A DNA stretch of 63,684 bases, filler included. It is 5 parts of 5 records of this genome, joined end to end, with 100 filler letters (N's around TTAATTAATTAA, not from the genome) between each part and the next. Parts side by side here need not be neighbours in the genome. Positions count along the whole stretch, not along the records: positions 1 to 11,114 come from SRR2962707_4938; 4 more parts are not named here. One strand, 5' to 3'. The first letter of the stretch is position 1. Each line of letters opens with the position of its first letter. Position numbers and translations under genes: made by a program. The notes under the pieces are model-generated. The model was given only the letters and a program-made list of their open reading frames with translations, ran no database searches and was not told the origin of the DNA. Shown piece after piece: positions 1-10,645 of this stretch.

Positions 1-428
1 TCAAGGAAGCCATGAGCGACGAGTTCAAGGCCTACCAGCAGCAGGTCGTGAAGAACGCCGCCGCCATGGCAGAGGTGTTCATCGAGCGCGGCTTTGACGT
101 GGTTTCCGGTGGTACCAAGAACCACCTGTTCCTGGTGAGCCTGATCAAACAGGACATTACCGGTAAAGACGCGGATGCCGCACTGGGCAAAGCGCACATT
201 ACCGTGAACAAGAACGCCGTGCCGAACGATCCTCGTTCACCGTTCGTAACGTCCGGACTGCGCATTGGTACTCCGGCGGTGACCACACGCGGCTTCAAGG
301 AAGCCGAATGTCGGGATCTGGCAGGCTGGATGTGTGACATCCTCGATAACCTTGAAGACGAAGCGGTTAATAGCCGTGTGCGGGAGCAGGTGGAAGCTGT
401 CTGCGCACGGTTCCCGGTCTACGGCTAA
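1..428 (+). CDS. glyA: Serine hydroxymethyltransferase, 3' part (truncated by window start)
   Basis: ORF with SHMT C-terminal motifs [32 protein letters not shown]. Confidence 0.97.
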   Translation, partial: KEAMSDEFKAYQQQVVKNAAAMAEVFIERGFDVVSGGTKNHLFLVSLIKQDITGKDADAALGKAHITVNKNAVPNDPRSPFVTSGLRIGTPAVTTRGFKEAECRDLAGWMCDILDNLEDEAVNSRVREQVEAVCARFPVYG

Positions 429-446
429 CAGGCTTAGAGACAGGTC

Positions 447-484
447 AGCCCGGGCGCTCCGGTGAGTGCCCGGGTTCTTTCTTT
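447..484 (+). terminator. Rho-independent terminator after glyA
   Basis: AGCCCGGGCGCTC-CGGT-GAGTGCCCGGGTT hairpin followed by CTTTCTTT. Confidence 0.7.
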
Positions 485-500
485 CCGGAGCAGGTGATTT

Positions 501-1019
501 ATGCATTGTCCTTTCTGTGGTGAAGCCGATACCAAGGTGATTGATTCGCGCCTGGTGGCCGAGGGTGACCAGGTTCGCCGCCGCAGGGAGTGTCTGTCCT
601 GTCGTGAGCGATTTACCACCTTTGAAACTGCCGAGCTGGTGATGCCCCGGGTCGTTAAGCAGGATGGTACCCGGCAGCCATTTGATGAAGAAAAGCTGCG
701 GGCCGGCATCATGAAAGCTCTGGAAAAACGTCCGGTCAGCATTGAGGAAATCGATGCCGCCCTGAACCGTATCAAGTATCGTCTCCGCTCGACTGGTGAG
801 CGTGAAGTCAAGTCGATGCAGTTGGGTGAGGAGGTAATGACCGAGCTGCGCCAACTGGACAAGGTTGCCTACGTGCGTTTTGCGTCGGTTTACCGCAGTT
901 TCCAGGACATCAACGAGTTCAAGGAAGAGATCGAGCGGCTGTCCCAGGGCAATGGCGATACCGCGGTGGATGTTGCCAGGGCATTGGTGGATAACGGTAC
1001 AGACAAAGGCAAGGCATGA
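501..1019 (+). CDS. nrdR: Transcriptional repressor NrdR
   Basis: MHCPFC...RRRRECLSC zinc ribbon, ATP-cone, AYVRFASVY. Confidence 0.98.
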   Translation: MHCPFCGEADTKVIDSRLVAEGDQVRRRRECLSCRERFTTFETAELVMPRVVKQDGTRQPFDEEKLRAGIMKALEKRPVSIEEIDAALNRIKYRLRSTGEREVKSMQLGEEVMTELRQLDKVAYVRFASVYRSFQDINEFKEEIERLSQGNGDTAVDVARALVDNGTDKGKA

Positions 1020-2131
1020 TTTCAGACCGTGATCGGGCAATGATGGCCCGGGCCGTTCAGCTGGCCTGGCGCGGTCGCTATTCCACCCATCCCAATCCCC
1101 GTGTTGGTTGTGTTATTGCCAAAGGCGATCTGATTGTGGGCGAGGGCTGGCACGAGCGTGCCGGTGAAGCCCATGCGGAAGTGCGTGCTTTGAGCCAGGC
1201 AGGCCATGAGGCTCGGGGAGCCACCGCCTACGTTACCCTGGAGCCGTGCAGCCACTACGGGCGCACGCCGCCCTGCGCACGGGCACTGATAGATGCCGGT
1301 GTGGCCCATGTGTTTGCCGCCACCAAAGACCCCAACCCGTCTGTGTCCGGTCGGGGGCTGGATATGCTCAGGGAGGCTGGCATACGGGTGACCGAAGGCG
1401 TGATGGCCGATGAGGCTGCGCGTCTGAATCCTGGCTTCATGAAGCGTATGAATACCGGTCGCCCCTGGGTTCGGCTGAAGATGGCGGCCAGTCTCGATGG
1501 CCGGACCGCCATGGCCAGCGGTGAAAGCCAGTGGATAACCGGCCCGGAAGCGCGCGCGGATGTGCAGCGTTTGCGGGCGATCAGCGACGCCATCCTCACC
1601 GGGGTAGGTACGGTACTGGCGGATGACCCTTCGTTGACCGTTCGGCGGGACGAGATGGGCGATATCGGCGATGCCACGGATCCGTCCCGGCAGCCGTTGC
1701 GGGTGATCGCCGACCGGGATGCCCGTACGCCGGCCACCGCCAGGATTCTTCAGGGTGGCAATGTGCAGGTATTCTGCGCCAGTTCGACACTGGCCTCAGG
1801 CCCGGCACAGGATCTGGCTGCGCTGGGCGTCAGCCTGACCGGGGTTGCCTGGAAAGATAACGGTGTTGATGTCGCCGAGTTGCTGGACGCGCTGGGAGAG
1901 CTTGGTATTAACGAGTTGCTGGTTGAAGCCGGCCCTACGCTGGCCGGTACGTTCATCGGTGAAAATCTTGTGGACGAGCTCTGGCTCTACCAGGCCCCGG
2001 TTTTCCTGGGTAGTACCGGCAGGCCGACAGCGCATTTGCCGCTGGAGACCATGGCCGACAAAGTGCAATGGAAGGTGCTGGATCGTCGTCAGGTGGGTGA
2101 GGATCAGCGTCTGATCCTGGCTCGCCACTAA
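1016..2131 (+). CDS. ribD: Bifunctional riboflavin deaminase/reductase RibD
   Basis: [31 protein letters not shown]...SQWIT; ATGA overlap with nrdR. Confidence 0.97.
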   Translation: MISDRDRAMMARAVQLAWRGRYSTHPNPRVGCVIAKGDLIVGEGWHERAGEAHAEVRALSQAGHEARGATAYVTLEPCSHYGRTPPCARALIDAGVAHVFAATKDPNPSVSGRGLDMLREAGIRVTEGVMADEAARLNPGFMKRMNTGRPWVRLKMAASLDGRTAMASGESQWITGPEARADVQRLRAISDAILTGVGTVLADDPSLTVRRDEMGDIGDATDPSRQPLRVIADRDARTPATARILQGGNVQVFCASSTLASGPAQDLAALGVSLTGVAWKDNGVDVAELLDALGELGINELLVEAGPTLAGTFIGENLVDELWLYQAPVFLGSTGRPTAHLPLETMADKVQWKVLDRRQVGEDQRLILARH

Positions 2132-2195
2132 TCATTCAATCCATTCCCCGAGAACCGGCTAGACTGTCGGGAGGGGTGAAAGGGTGCAGAACCGT

Positions 2196-3311
2196 ATGGC
2201 ACTGAACAGCATTGAAGAAATCATTGAAGACATTCGCCAGGGCAAAATGGTCATCCTGATGGATGATGAGGATCGCGAGAATGAGGGCGATCTGGTGATG
2301 GCGGCGGAGCACTGCACGGCAGAGGCCATCAACTTCATGGCCCGCTTTGGCCGCGGACTCATCTGTATGCCCATGACCCGTGATCGCTGCGAACAGCTGG
2401 GTCTGCCGTTGATGGTTCAGCAGAATGCTTCTGGCTTCGGAACCAAATTTACCCTGTCTATCGAAGCCCGTGAGGGTGTTACCACGGGGATTTCGGCAGC
2501 GGACCGGGCTCGTACCGTGCAGGCAGCGGTTGCCCGGGATGCCAAGGCTTCTGACCTGGTTCAGCCGGGACATATTTTCCCGCTGATGTCCGATCCTGGT
2601 GGTGTTCTCAGCCGTGCCGGTCACACCGAAGCGTCGTGCGATCTGGCGGCACTGGCTGGCTGTGAGCCGGCCGGTGTGATCTGTGAAATCATGAATGATG
2701 ACGGCTCCATGGCCCGGCGTCCGGATCTTGAGAAGTTCGCAGAAGAGCATGATCTGAAGATCGGCACCATCGCAGACCTGATTCATTACCGCACCATGAA
2801 CGAACGCACGGTGGAGTGTGTGGAGCAGAACGAACTGGATACCGAGTACGGCGTGTTCAAACTGCACACCTACCGGGACAATATCCAGGGTGCTACCCAT
2901 CTGGCTATGGTAATGGGCGATATCCAGCCGGAGGAGCCGGTGTTTGTGCGTGTGCACATTACCGATACCCTGCGCGATCTGCTGGGTGCGCGCCGCAAAG
3001 ATTCCCGGAGCTGGCCGCTGCATCACGCACTGGAGAAGGTTGCGGAAGAAGGCAAAGGCGTGGTGGTGCTGCTTAACAGTGCTGAAGACAGCTACAACCT
3101 GGAAGACCGGATTCAGGATTTCTTTGACAAAGGGCAGGGATCCTCAGGCAAGGGCAGTTCCGGCGTGTATTTCACCGTCGGTACCGGTTCCCAGATTCTC
3201 CGGGATCTTGGCGTAGGTAAAATGCGCCTGCTCAGTCCGCCGGTTAAATTCTCCGCCATCTCCGGTTTCGACCTGGAAGTGGTGGAATACGTACCTTACG
3301 CCCCCGAATGA
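2196..3311 (+). CDS. ribB: DHBP synthase fused to a degenerate GTP cyclohydrolase II domain (RibBX type)
   Basis: [26 protein letters not shown]-terminal RibA-like domain lacks the zinc cysteines; start taken at ATG 2196. Confidence 0.93.
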   Translation: MALNSIEEIIEDIRQGKMVILMDDEDRENEGDLVMAAEHCTAEAINFMARFGRGLICMPMTRDRCEQLGLPLMVQQNASGFGTKFTLSIEAREGVTTGISAADRARTVQAAVARDAKASDLVQPGHIFPLMSDPGGVLSRAGHTEASCDLAALAGCEPAGVICEIMNDDGSMARRPDLEKFAEEHDLKIGTIADLIHYRTMNERTVECVEQNELDTEYGVFKLHTYRDNIQGATHLAMVMGDIQPEEPVFVRVHITDTLRDLLGARRKDSRSWPLHHALEKVAEEGKGVVVLLNSAEDSYNLEDRIQDFFDKGQGSSGKGSSGVYFTVGTGSQILRDLGVGKMRLLSPPVKFSAISGFDLEVVEYVPYAPE

Positions 3312-3318
3312 TAAACCC

Positions 3319-3343
3319 GGTTATCGCCAATAAGGCGATGACC
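3319..3343 (+). other. Intercistronic hairpin between ribB and ribH
   Basis: GGTTATCGCC-AATAA-GGCGATGACC, no U-tract. Confidence 0.45.
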
Positions 3344-3359
3344 CGTGAAGGAGCCCGAG

Positions 3360-3836
3360 ATGGCAGATATCAAAGTAATTGAAGGTGATTTTACCCAGTG
3401 CAGCGGCCGCTATGCGCTGGTGGTTGGCCGGTTTAACGGCTTTGTGGTGGAAAGTCTGGTGGAAGGTGCAGTGGATACCTTGCGTCGTCACGGCATTTCC
3501 AATGATGACATTGCCATTATCCGTGTGCCGGGTGCCTATGAAATGCCACTGGCGGTCAAGCGTGTTGCCGAAACCTCGGACTACGACGCCATTATCGCCC
3601 TTGGCGCGGTAATTCGTGGTGGTACTCCGCACTTTGAATACGTGGCGGGCGAGGCCTCCAGCGGCCTGGGCGCTGTCAGCCTGGAAACCGATGTCCCGGT
3701 TACCTTCGGCGTATTGACCGTAGATTCCATTGAGCAGGCCATCGAACGCTCCGGCACCAAGGCCGGCAACAAGGGCGCGGAAGCCGCCATTACTGCCCTG
3801 GAAATGGTCAGTCTGTTCAAAAAGTTGGGTGAGTAA
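3360..3836 (+). CDS. ribH: 6,7-dimethyl-8-ribityllumazine synthase
   Basis: [39 protein letters not shown] before ATG 3360. Confidence 0.97.
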   Translation: MADIKVIEGDFTQCSGRYALVVGRFNGFVVESLVEGAVDTLRRHGISNDDIAIIRVPGAYEMPLAVKRVAETSDYDAIIALGAVIRGGTPHFEYVAGEASSGLGAVSLETDVPVTFGVLTVDSIEQAIERSGTKAGNKGAEAAITALEMVSLFKKLGE

Positions 3837-4312
3837 TGAGCGAAGCGGGTGACACTTCTCCCCAGCCGGGGAAAACCGGCCAGCCCAAGGCAGGCGATCG
3901 CCGCCGGGCACGGGCGCTGGCCATGCAGGGTTTGTATCAGCGGCACTTCAGCAAAACGCCGATTTCTGATATCGAAGCCGAGTTCATGGTCGACAACGAC
4001 ATGAGCAAGGTCGATATCATGTATTTTCGGGATCTTCTGCGTGGTGTCTACCGCGAGCAGGCGGAGCTCGACAAACTGCTGGAGCCGTTTCTGGATCGTC
4101 CCCTCAAGGAGGTCGACCCGGTTGAACTGGCGATCGTTCGCCTGGGCGCCTATGAGCTGAAACACCGCATCGATGTGCCCTACAAAGTGGTCATCAACGA
4201 GGGTATTGAAATGGCCAAGCGCTTTGGTGGCACCGAAGGGCACAAGTTTGTGAACAGCATTCTGGACAAACTCAGCCGCCGGCTTCGCCTGGCCGAGACC
4301 CGCCCGCGTTGA
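3836..4312 (+). CDS. nusB: Transcription antitermination factor NusB
   Basis: [39 protein letters not shown]. Confidence 0.97.
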   Translation: MSEAGDTSPQPGKTGQPKAGDRRRARALAMQGLYQRHFSKTPISDIEAEFMVDNDMSKVDIMYFRDLLRGVYREQAELDKLLEPFLDRPLKEVDPVELAIVRLGAYELKHRIDVPYKVVINEGIEMAKRFGGTEGHKFVNSILDKLSRRLRLAETRPR

Positions 4313-4315
4313 TTC

Positions 4316-5263
4316 ATGGGTGAGTTTGAGCTGATCCGGAGGTATTTCCAGCCGCTGGCCGATGGTTCCGGGCAGAATCAGCTCCTTCTCGGTCCCGGCG
4401 ACGACTGTGCGATTCAGCGGGTATCGCCGGGGCTGGATCTGGTGTTTTCTGTGGACACCCTGGTAGAGGGCGTTCATTTTCCTTCCGATTATTCGCCCGA
4501 TTATCTCGGATGGCGAGCTCTGGCGGTTGCGGTCAGTGATTTGGCCGCGATGGGCGCAAGCCCGGTCTGCTTCACTCTGGCTTTAACCTTGCCAGACGCC
4601 AATCAGGGCTGGCTGAAGCCGTTTTCAGAGGGGCTGGCCCGGGCCAGCAAAGCCTTTGGTATCGCCCTGGCGGGCGGAGATACTACCCGCGGCCCCCTGA
4701 CAATCAGCATCCAGGTGCACGGAACTGTTGAGAGTGGGCGTGCGCTGTATCGATCCGGCGCGAAGCCCGGCGACCTGATATGTGTCAGCGGCACGCTCGG
4801 GGCGGCCGGTGCCGCTCTTGATTACCTTGCTGCCCCCGCGCCCTCACCGGCCCAGCTCGCCTTGTTGTCACGTTATCATTTCCCGCAGCCTCGTCTGTCA
4901 CTGGGTCAGCAGCTGGCGGGCTGTGCCTCCTCTGCCATAGATATTTCTGACGGGCTCCTGGCGGATCTCGGCCATATCCTTGATGCCTCGGGGGCCGGAG
5001 CGCGAATCGACACGGGACGTATACCGATGATGGCAGAGTTGATTGCATTAAAGGGTGAGAACGCCCGGGATCTGGCGTTGGGAGCAGGAGATGACTATGA
5101 GCTTTGCATCACCATCCCGCCAGAAACCTTCGGCACTCTTGACGACTCTGTGGCCCGTGAGCTGACGGTCATTGGAGAGATTACTTCGGAGCCTGGCCTT
5201 CAGCTGAGCGGGCCGGTCTCTGGCGTCATTCAAGGATATGAGCACTTTGGGAGACCCGCATGA
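4316..5263 (+). CDS. thiL: Thiamine-monophosphate kinase
   Basis: MGEFELI, GDDCA, SDLAAMGA, GGDTT, DISDGL, GDDYEL. Confidence 0.97.
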   Translation: MGEFELIRRYFQPLADGSGQNQLLLGPGDDCAIQRVSPGLDLVFSVDTLVEGVHFPSDYSPDYLGWRALAVAVSDLAAMGASPVCFTLALTLPDANQGWLKPFSEGLARASKAFGIALAGGDTTRGPLTISIQVHGTVESGRALYRSGAKPGDLICVSGTLGAAGAALDYLAAPAPSPAQLALLSRYHFPQPRLSLGQQLAGCASSAIDISDGLLADLGHILDASGAGARIDTGRIPMMAELIALKGENARDLALGAGDDYELCITIPPETFGTLDDSVARELTVIGEITSEPGLQLSGPVSGVIQGYEHFGRPA

Positions 5264-5784
5264 GTGATGAGCTGATGCATGAACCGGACGCCGCCCAGGT
5301 CATCTTGCCCCCTGGCTTTCTGAAAAACCCGGTCCACCTGTTGGCCTTCGGTTTTGGCAGCGGTGCAGCGCCCAGAGCGCCGGGAACCTGGGGTAGCCTC
5401 GCCGCTATTCCGGTTTGGTATGCCTTTTCCTGGATGCCTCCGTTGGCCTACTGGCTCGTGGTTCTGGCGGCGTTTCTGGTGGGTATCTGGTTGTGTGGCA
5501 AAACCGCGACAGACCTGAAAGTGCATGATCACGGCGGTATTGTATGGGATGAATTTGTGGGGATGTGGATTGCCCTGGGCCTGTTTCCGGATCAGCTTTA
5601 CGGGGTGCTCATGGCGTTCATGCTGTTCCGGCTGTTTGACGTGCGGAAGCCCTGGCCCATTAACTGGCTGGATGAGCGCTTGCCCGGCGGGCTCGGGATT
5701 ATGGTGGACGATGTCGTCGCCGGGGCCATGGCGCTGGGTTGCCTTTGGGCGATTGACGTCTGGGTGATGCCCTATATTATCTAG
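5260..5784 (+). CDS. pgpA: Phosphatidylglycerophosphatase A
   Basis: APGTWGSL, DHGGIVWDEFVG, FRLFD, GIMVDDVVAG. Confidence 0.96.
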   Translation: MSDELMHEPDAAQVILPPGFLKNPVHLLAFGFGSGAAPRAPGTWGSLAAIPVWYAFSWMPPLAYWLVVLAAFLVGIWLCGKTATDLKVHDHGGIVWDEFVGMWIALGLFPDQLYGVLMAFMLFRLFDVRKPWPINWLDERLPGGLGIMVDDVVAGAMALGCLWAIDVWVMPYII

Positions 5785-5793
5785 CGGGGCATC

Positions 5794-5817
5794 ACCCATT
5801 CGGTCTGTCGGGTGGGT
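5794..5817. terminator. Hairpin between convergent pgpA and DUF6316 genes
   Basis: ACCCATTCG-GTCTGT-CGGGTGGGT. Confidence 0.45.
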
Positions 5818-6020
5818 TAGTGCACCTGCTGCTCTTCTGGCAGCATGCGAACAACATGCAGAAAGCGTTTAAGGCCGACTTCTGCCCGCTCTCTTGAGGC
5901 AAAAGGCCCGCTATCGAAGCCCTCGCGGGTTGTAAAGTACCATTTGCTCCCTACGCAGAAAAAACGACTGCTGCGAAACGGGACGGGGCCTTGCTCTCCT
6001 GTCCTGCGCTGAGTGTCCAT
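5817..6020 (-). CDS. DUF6316-family small protein (67 aa)
   Basis: RSSRFF...WYFTTREG..GPF motif; AGGAG RBS upstream of ATG at 6020. Confidence 0.75.
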   Translation of the reverse strand: MDTQRRTGEQGPVPFRSSRFFCVGSKWYFTTREGFDSGPFASRERAEVGLKRFLHVVRMLPEEQQVH

Positions 6021-6283
6021 GGTTTCTCCTGAGCCCACTTGTTCTTTTCTTCTCGGGCTGTGCGTTGTGTAAGCCGACTTGTTTAAAATTAATCCAATTG
6101 CAGCCGAATTCAACAATTTTTTACATTCTTACGTTGGGCGTCACATTCCGGACCTTCCTGCAGTGAAAGTGAATTCCGTTGCGTGCCTTGCTCTGATCCG
6201 CCCGGATGGTCAGAATGCTTGGCAGAGTTGTCCTCAACATTGCAGGCCGTGCCAACGGCCATCCCTATGGATAAGGAGATGAA

Positions 6284-6937
6284 GTGAGTATGTGTCACGT
6301 TCCAAGGCTTTTCAAGTTGCTGGCTGTTCTGGCGAGCGTTGTCATGGCGGGCTGTGCATCGAGTGTGGCCAGAGTGGATACCTGGGAAGGCCAGTTGCCG
6401 GCGACGACAAAACCGGCTGTGCTGCAGGCGCCCGGTGAGATACAGGTGATCAGTGTGAATGGTCGGAACATGACCAACTTCCTGATTGAGGATCTGGCAC
6501 TGGACTACGGTTTGTTGCCGGGAGAGAACGAGGTGGTGTTCCGCTACAAAACCATCTGGGCGAAGAGTGGTGTGGTACGCAACGGCGAATCCAAAGTGCA
6601 TGTTATCGAGAGCAGCACTCAGGTGGCGCGTTTCACGGCGAGCCCGGACGCAGTCTATGGTTTCGAGTTTGATAAGCCGGCAAGTCGCCAGGAAGCCGAA
6701 ACCATGATGGAGAGCTTTTCAGCAAAGATCGTTGCCGGCAATGGCACTGTCGTGGCGGTATCTGAGGAGTGGGACGGACAGTCCCGGCTGACGGACAGCC
6801 GCACTCCGGTTCCGGCTTCCGGGGGCGAGAGCACCAGCCGACCCCAGGAAGGCAGCACTCTGGAGCAGCTCAAAGCCATTTGGGCCGATGCTTCTGATGA
6901 AGACAAGAAAGCCTTTTTGCGTTGGGCATTCGAATAA
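6284..6937 (+). CDS. DUF2057 (YccT-like) exported lipoprotein
   Basis: Signal peptide ending VMAGC; C-terminal LEQLKAIWADASDEDKKAFLRWA typical of DUF2057. Confidence 0.75.
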   Translation: MSMCHVPRLFKLLAVLASVVMAGCASSVARVDTWEGQLPATTKPAVLQAPGEIQVISVNGRNMTNFLIEDLALDYGLLPGENEVVFRYKTIWAKSGVVRNGESKVHVIESSTQVARFTASPDAVYGFEFDKPASRQEAETMMESFSAKIVAGNGTVVAVSEEWDGQSRLTDSRTPVPASGGESTSRPQEGSTLEQLKAIWADASDEDKKAFLRWAFE

Positions 6938-6943
6938 CCCGGC

Positions 6944-6963
6944 GCCGGGCCTGCGGGCCCGGC
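6944..6963. terminator. Hairpin between convergent DUF2057 and WS/DGAT genes
   Basis: GCCGGGCC-TGCG-GGCCCGGC. Confidence 0.5.
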
Positions 6964-8489
6964 TATCTTCTGAATCTGCCCAGCCCGCCTTTCAGCAGTT
7001 TTTCCACGTAGGCAAGGACATCGTCGGTCATGTTGTGTTGTGGTTCCGGAAACTGCTCATGGCCCTGATCGGGGCCCAGCTCCGCTGCAGCTTTCTCTAT
7101 CGCTTCCAGACTGTCGTGTACCAGTTCCGGTAGCTGGTCGCTGTCGGCGACCACGTCCGGGCAAAGAGTAAAGTTCAGGGTGAGCTGGCCCTGGTAGCTG
7201 ACCGCAACAATCACCAACCCAAGGCTGTCGAATAATGGGGCACTGTTGTACTGGCGCACCAGTCGGGCACCTTGCAGGTACAGCGGTACCTGCGGGCCCG
7301 GTACGTTGGTAATCGGCACGTTGAACAGTGGCTGGTAGCGCTGTGCGACCTGCAGCTCGGAATACAGGCGGGCGGACAGTGCCAGCAGCGTTGACGGAAG
7401 TAGCTCGGTCAGCCGGTCTGCGGCTATGGCTTCACGGTAGGGCTCGGATTCAACCGCATTGCGGTGAATTCGCCGGATCCGGGCTGCCGGGTTGGGTTCT
7501 GCGGTGGCCAGGTCCAGCAACATGGCTGACATCTGATTGCCGGTGGCCTTGCGAAGACTGCTGGAACGAACCGAGATCGGCGTCATGGCGACCAGCGAGG
7601 ATTTCGTTTCTATGTTCTGGTTGGCGAGGTATCGGGCCAGGGATTCGGCACACAGGCCGAGGACCACATCATTCAGGGTGACGTCGACCAATGAGCCCTT
7701 GATGGCTTTGAGCCGGGACAAGTTCACGCTGGTTGAGACAATTCGCCGGTTGGCGGTAATCTGCCGGTTGAAGGGGCTGTGGGGCGCGGTGAACAAGGGC
7801 AGTGGCAATGGCAGCTTGTGTAATTGCTTCTGGATCAGCCCACGGGTGGTGGCTTCGGCGGCGTTATAGGCCAGAGAGGCCAGCTGCATCGGCGTTTTCA
7901 GCATGTTGGCGCCGGCCTGCAGGAAAACCCGCTCTTCTGAAGGTTCCTGCCTTGGCAGCCAGGGACGTGGTGGCGTGATGGTTCTCGGGCTGGGTGTGTA
8001 CTCCAGTAGCTTGCCCATGATTTCCTCACCGCTAAACGCGTCAATGGCGGCATGGTGCAGCTTCACGATCAGTGCAAACCCTTCTTTTTCACCCTCCGGA
8101 TCGTCGATCCGGAAACCATCGACAAAGGTGATGTGCCAGAGTGGTCGGTCCCGTTTCAGCGGCTCTTCAAGAATCTTCGAGGCCAGGGATATCAGGCTGG
8201 CCTGCTTGCCGTGTTCGCCAAGGTTTACGTAGGCCAGGTGCCGCTCGATGCTGAAATCGGCGTCGTCCACCCAATAGGGGCGGCCAAGCCGGAGAGGGAT
8301 TTCTTTCAGCTTCTGGCGGAACAGAGGTACCACGTGGAGCCGGCTGCGCAGATAGGCGACGAAGGTGCTGAATGCCAGTGGGTTGGACAGCCCGCTGGCA
8401 TCGAACAGATAAATGCCGCCGATGTGCATCGGGGTGGTGTCCGATTCCAGATACAGGAACGAGGCATCCAGTTCCGACAGCTGACGCAT
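6963..8489 (-). CDS. Wax ester synthase/diacylglycerol acyltransferase (WS/DGAT) with HHxxxDA variant motif
   Basis: LSELDASFLYLESDTTPMHIG, RPLW, KLHHAAIDA, ITNVPGP; RBS AAGGAG upstream of ATG 8489. Confidence 0.93.
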   Translation of the reverse strand: MRQLSELDASFLYLESDTTPMHIGGIYLFDASGLSNPLAFSTFVAYLRSRLHVVPLFRQKLKEIPLRLGRPYWVDDADFSIERHLAYVNLGEHGKQASLISLASKILEEPLKRDRPLWHITFVDGFRIDDPEGEKEGFALIVKLHHAAIDAFSGEEIMGKLLEYTPSPRTITPPRPWLPRQEPSEERVFLQAGANMLKTPMQLASLAYNAAEATTRGLIQKQLHKLPLPLPLFTAPHSPFNRQITANRRIVSTSVNLSRLKAIKGSLVDVTLNDVVLGLCAESLARYLANQNIETKSSLVAMTPISVRSSSLRKATGNQMSAMLLDLATAEPNPAARIRRIHRNAVESEPYREAIAADRLTELLPSTLLALSARLYSELQVAQRYQPLFNVPITNVPGPQVPLYLQGARLVRQYNSAPLFDSLGLVIVAVSYQGQLTLNFTLCPDVVADSDQLPELVHDSLEAIEKAAAELGPDQGHEQFPEPQHNMTDDVLAYVEKLLKGGLGRFRR

Positions 8490-8571
8490 GGAACGCACTC
8501 CTTGTGTTTCTCGTTGTATTCGGCTGGTCAGTATACTTCAGGTCGTGAATTCGCCGGTTGGCCCCTTTGCC

Positions 8572-9492
8572 TCAGGAATCGGCAGGCTTGAGCCACTGGC
8601 TGAGGCTCTGGTCTTCGCTCAGCCGGTTCCAGAACCACATCAGTGCCTTGCCTTTGTCTTCACTGTGGCGGGCCAGGTGAATGGCGATCGGGGGGCGTGG
8701 TTCGTGCACGGCTTTCGCCACCAGCCGGCCTGAAGCCAGTGCCTCCCGGATGCGTGGCAAGGGCAGCCAGCCAACGCCAAGGCCTGCTTCCTGTATGGCA
8801 ATTTTCTGGTCGATGTTGGTGACGGTCAAGGTTCGTTGGCGCCGGAAGATGCCGGCATGGCCGGGTGGCAGCGCGCGGGAGGTGTCGGCGGCAACGGCAG
8901 CGGGAAATGGGGCGATGTCGCTTTCTTTCAGGGGTTCTTCTGCCTGGGCCAAAGGGTGGTTGGCCGCCACGGCAAAGACGAAAGGTATCTCGCCCAGTGG
9001 CTTGGTGGTAAAGCTTCCGGCGGGCTTGCTGAGCTGGTCTGCGCCGATCACCATGTCGACGCGCCGGCTTTGCAGGGCGTCCCAGGCGCCTGCAAAGACC
9101 TCCTCCACCACCTGTACATCCACTGGAACGCCCAATTGGTAAAAAGCGTCAATCGCCGGAAACAGGCATTGTGCCGGCAGCAGCGAGTTGAATCCTATTC
9201 TAAGCCTGGTTTCCCAGCCCTGAGCTACCTGGCGGGTAGAGTGAGCCAGGTTCTCGGCGGCTTCAAGCAGCGAGCGGCCTTCCTCCAGCAGGTAACGACC
9301 GGCGGGCGTGAGCACGGCTTTGTGGCCGGTTCGGTCAAAGACACTGACGCTGAGGTCTTCCTCAAGCTTCTGAACGGTGTAACTGATGGCCGAGGGAACC
9401 CGGAACAGTTCGCTGGCGGCACCGGCAAAACTGCCCTTGCGGTCGATAGCGTCCAGTACTTTGAGTGCGTCGATGGTAATGGCTGTATGCAT
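8572..9492 (-). CDS. LysR-family regulator (YhaJ-like)
   Basis: N-terminal wHTH GSFAGAASELFRVPSAISYTVQKLEEDL; divergent from yqjG. Confidence 0.93.
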   Translation of the reverse strand: MHTAITIDALKVLDAIDRKGSFAGAASELFRVPSAISYTVQKLEEDLSVSVFDRTGHKAVLTPAGRYLLEEGRSLLEAAENLAHSTRQVAQGWETRLRIGFNSLLPAQCLFPAIDAFYQLGVPVDVQVVEEVFAGAWDALQSRRVDMVIGADQLSKPAGSFTTKPLGEIPFVFAVAANHPLAQAEEPLKESDIAPFPAAVAADTSRALPPGHAGIFRRQRTLTVTNIDQKIAIQEAGLGVGWLPLPRIREALASGRLVAKAVHEPRPPIAIHLARHSEDKGKALMWFWNRLSEDQSLSQWLKPADS

Positions 9493-9493
9493 G

Positions 9494-9508
9494 TTCGAAT
9501 AATCTGAA
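9494..9508. promoter_or_regulatory. Candidate LysR recognition site (T-N11-A dyad)
   Basis: TTC-GAATAATCT-GAA immediately upstream of the LysR start codon, in the divergent promoter region. Confidence 0.45.
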
Positions 9509-9644
9509 AGTGTTTGCCAGAAATGCTTGCTATCAGCCTAGCAGCACAGCCGTTAGCCTGTCTCTATTAATTCAGAACCGGGTCGGCCCCATCACACTTC
9601 ATCAGGGCAAATTTCATGGTGGCTGACCTCGCAGGAGGGTAGTT

Positions 9645-10631
9645 ATGGGCTTGTTGGTTGACGGCTGTTGGCACGATCAGTGGTATGACACGGGCAGAAC
9701 CGGCGGCAAGTTTGAGCGCGAAGCGGCGCGGTTCCGAAACTGGGTAACCGCTGATGGCTCTGCCGGGCCGGCCGGAGAGGGTGGTTTTCCTGCAGTGAGT
9801 GGCCGGTATCACTTGTATGTTTCCATGGCCTGCCCCTGGGCCCACCGCACCTTGATTTTCCGGAAGCTCAAAGGTCTGGAGAACCATATTTCGGTGTCTG
9901 TCGTGCACCCGGACATGGTGGAAAACGGCTGGGAGTTCCGGCCCGGTCGCAAAGAACATCAAGACGACTTGTATAATTTTGACTTCATGCACCAGATTTA
10001 TACCCGTGCCGCCCCGCATTATTCTGGCCGGGTCACGGTGCCGGTGTTGTGGGACAAAGAGCGCGAAACCATTGTCAGTAATGAATCCGCAGACATTATC
10101 CGGATGTTCAATTCCGCCTTTGATGGCCTTGAGGGCGTGAATAACGACCGGGATTTCTACCCGGAAAGCCTGCGTGGTGACATCGAGGCGGTGAATGAAC
10201 GGGTTTACCACACGGTGAACAATGGCGTTTATAAAGCCGGGTTCGCCACTGCGCAGGACAAGTATGAGGAGGCCTATCAGGCCCTGTTCGACTCCCTGGA
10301 CTGGCTGGAAGAAAGGCTGGCGGAAAAGCGCTATCTCACCGGTAACCGGCTAACCGAGGCCGATTGGCGGCTGTTCACCACGTTGATCCGGTTTGATGCG
10401 GTGTATTACAGCCACTTCAAATGCAACCGCCAGCAGATCCGCGACTATCCGAATCTGTCCGGCTATGTGCGGGAGCTATATCAGGTGCCGGGCGTGGCTG
10501 AAACCGTGGATCTGGGCCAGATCAAGCGTCACTACTATGTAAGTCAGCGCACCATAAACCCAACCCAGATTGTGCCGGTGGGGCCAGAGCTGGAATTCGA
10601 AGCACCCCACGGGCGTGAACATCTCGGCTGA
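9645..10631 (+). CDS. yqjG: Glutathionyl-hydroquinone reductase (Xi/omega-like GST)
   Basis: RYHLYVSMACPWAHR, VTVPVLWD, NESADI, NNGVYKAGFA. Confidence 0.92.
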   Translation: MGLLVDGCWHDQWYDTGRTGGKFEREAARFRNWVTADGSAGPAGEGGFPAVSGRYHLYVSMACPWAHRTLIFRKLKGLENHISVSVVHPDMVENGWEFRPGRKEHQDDLYNFDFMHQIYTRAAPHYSGRVTVPVLWDKERETIVSNESADIIRMFNSAFDGLEGVNNDRDFYPESLRGDIEAVNERVYHTVNNGVYKAGFATAQDKYEEAYQALFDSLDWLEERLAEKRYLTGNRLTEADWRLFTTLIRFDAVYYSHFKCNRQQIRDYPNLSGYVRELYQVPGVAETVDLGQIKRHYYVSQRTINPTQIVPVGPELEFEAPHGREHLG

Positions 10632-10645
10632 ATGGGCCTGGTCTA

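Noticed and set aside
2132-2195. FMN riboswitch before ribB
   Set aside because: Only ~64 nt, and the conserved RFN sequence blocks are absent.
6240-6256. Sigma-54 promoter (TGGCAC...TGC on minus strand)
   Set aside because: GG-to-GC spacing is 8 nt rather than the required 10.
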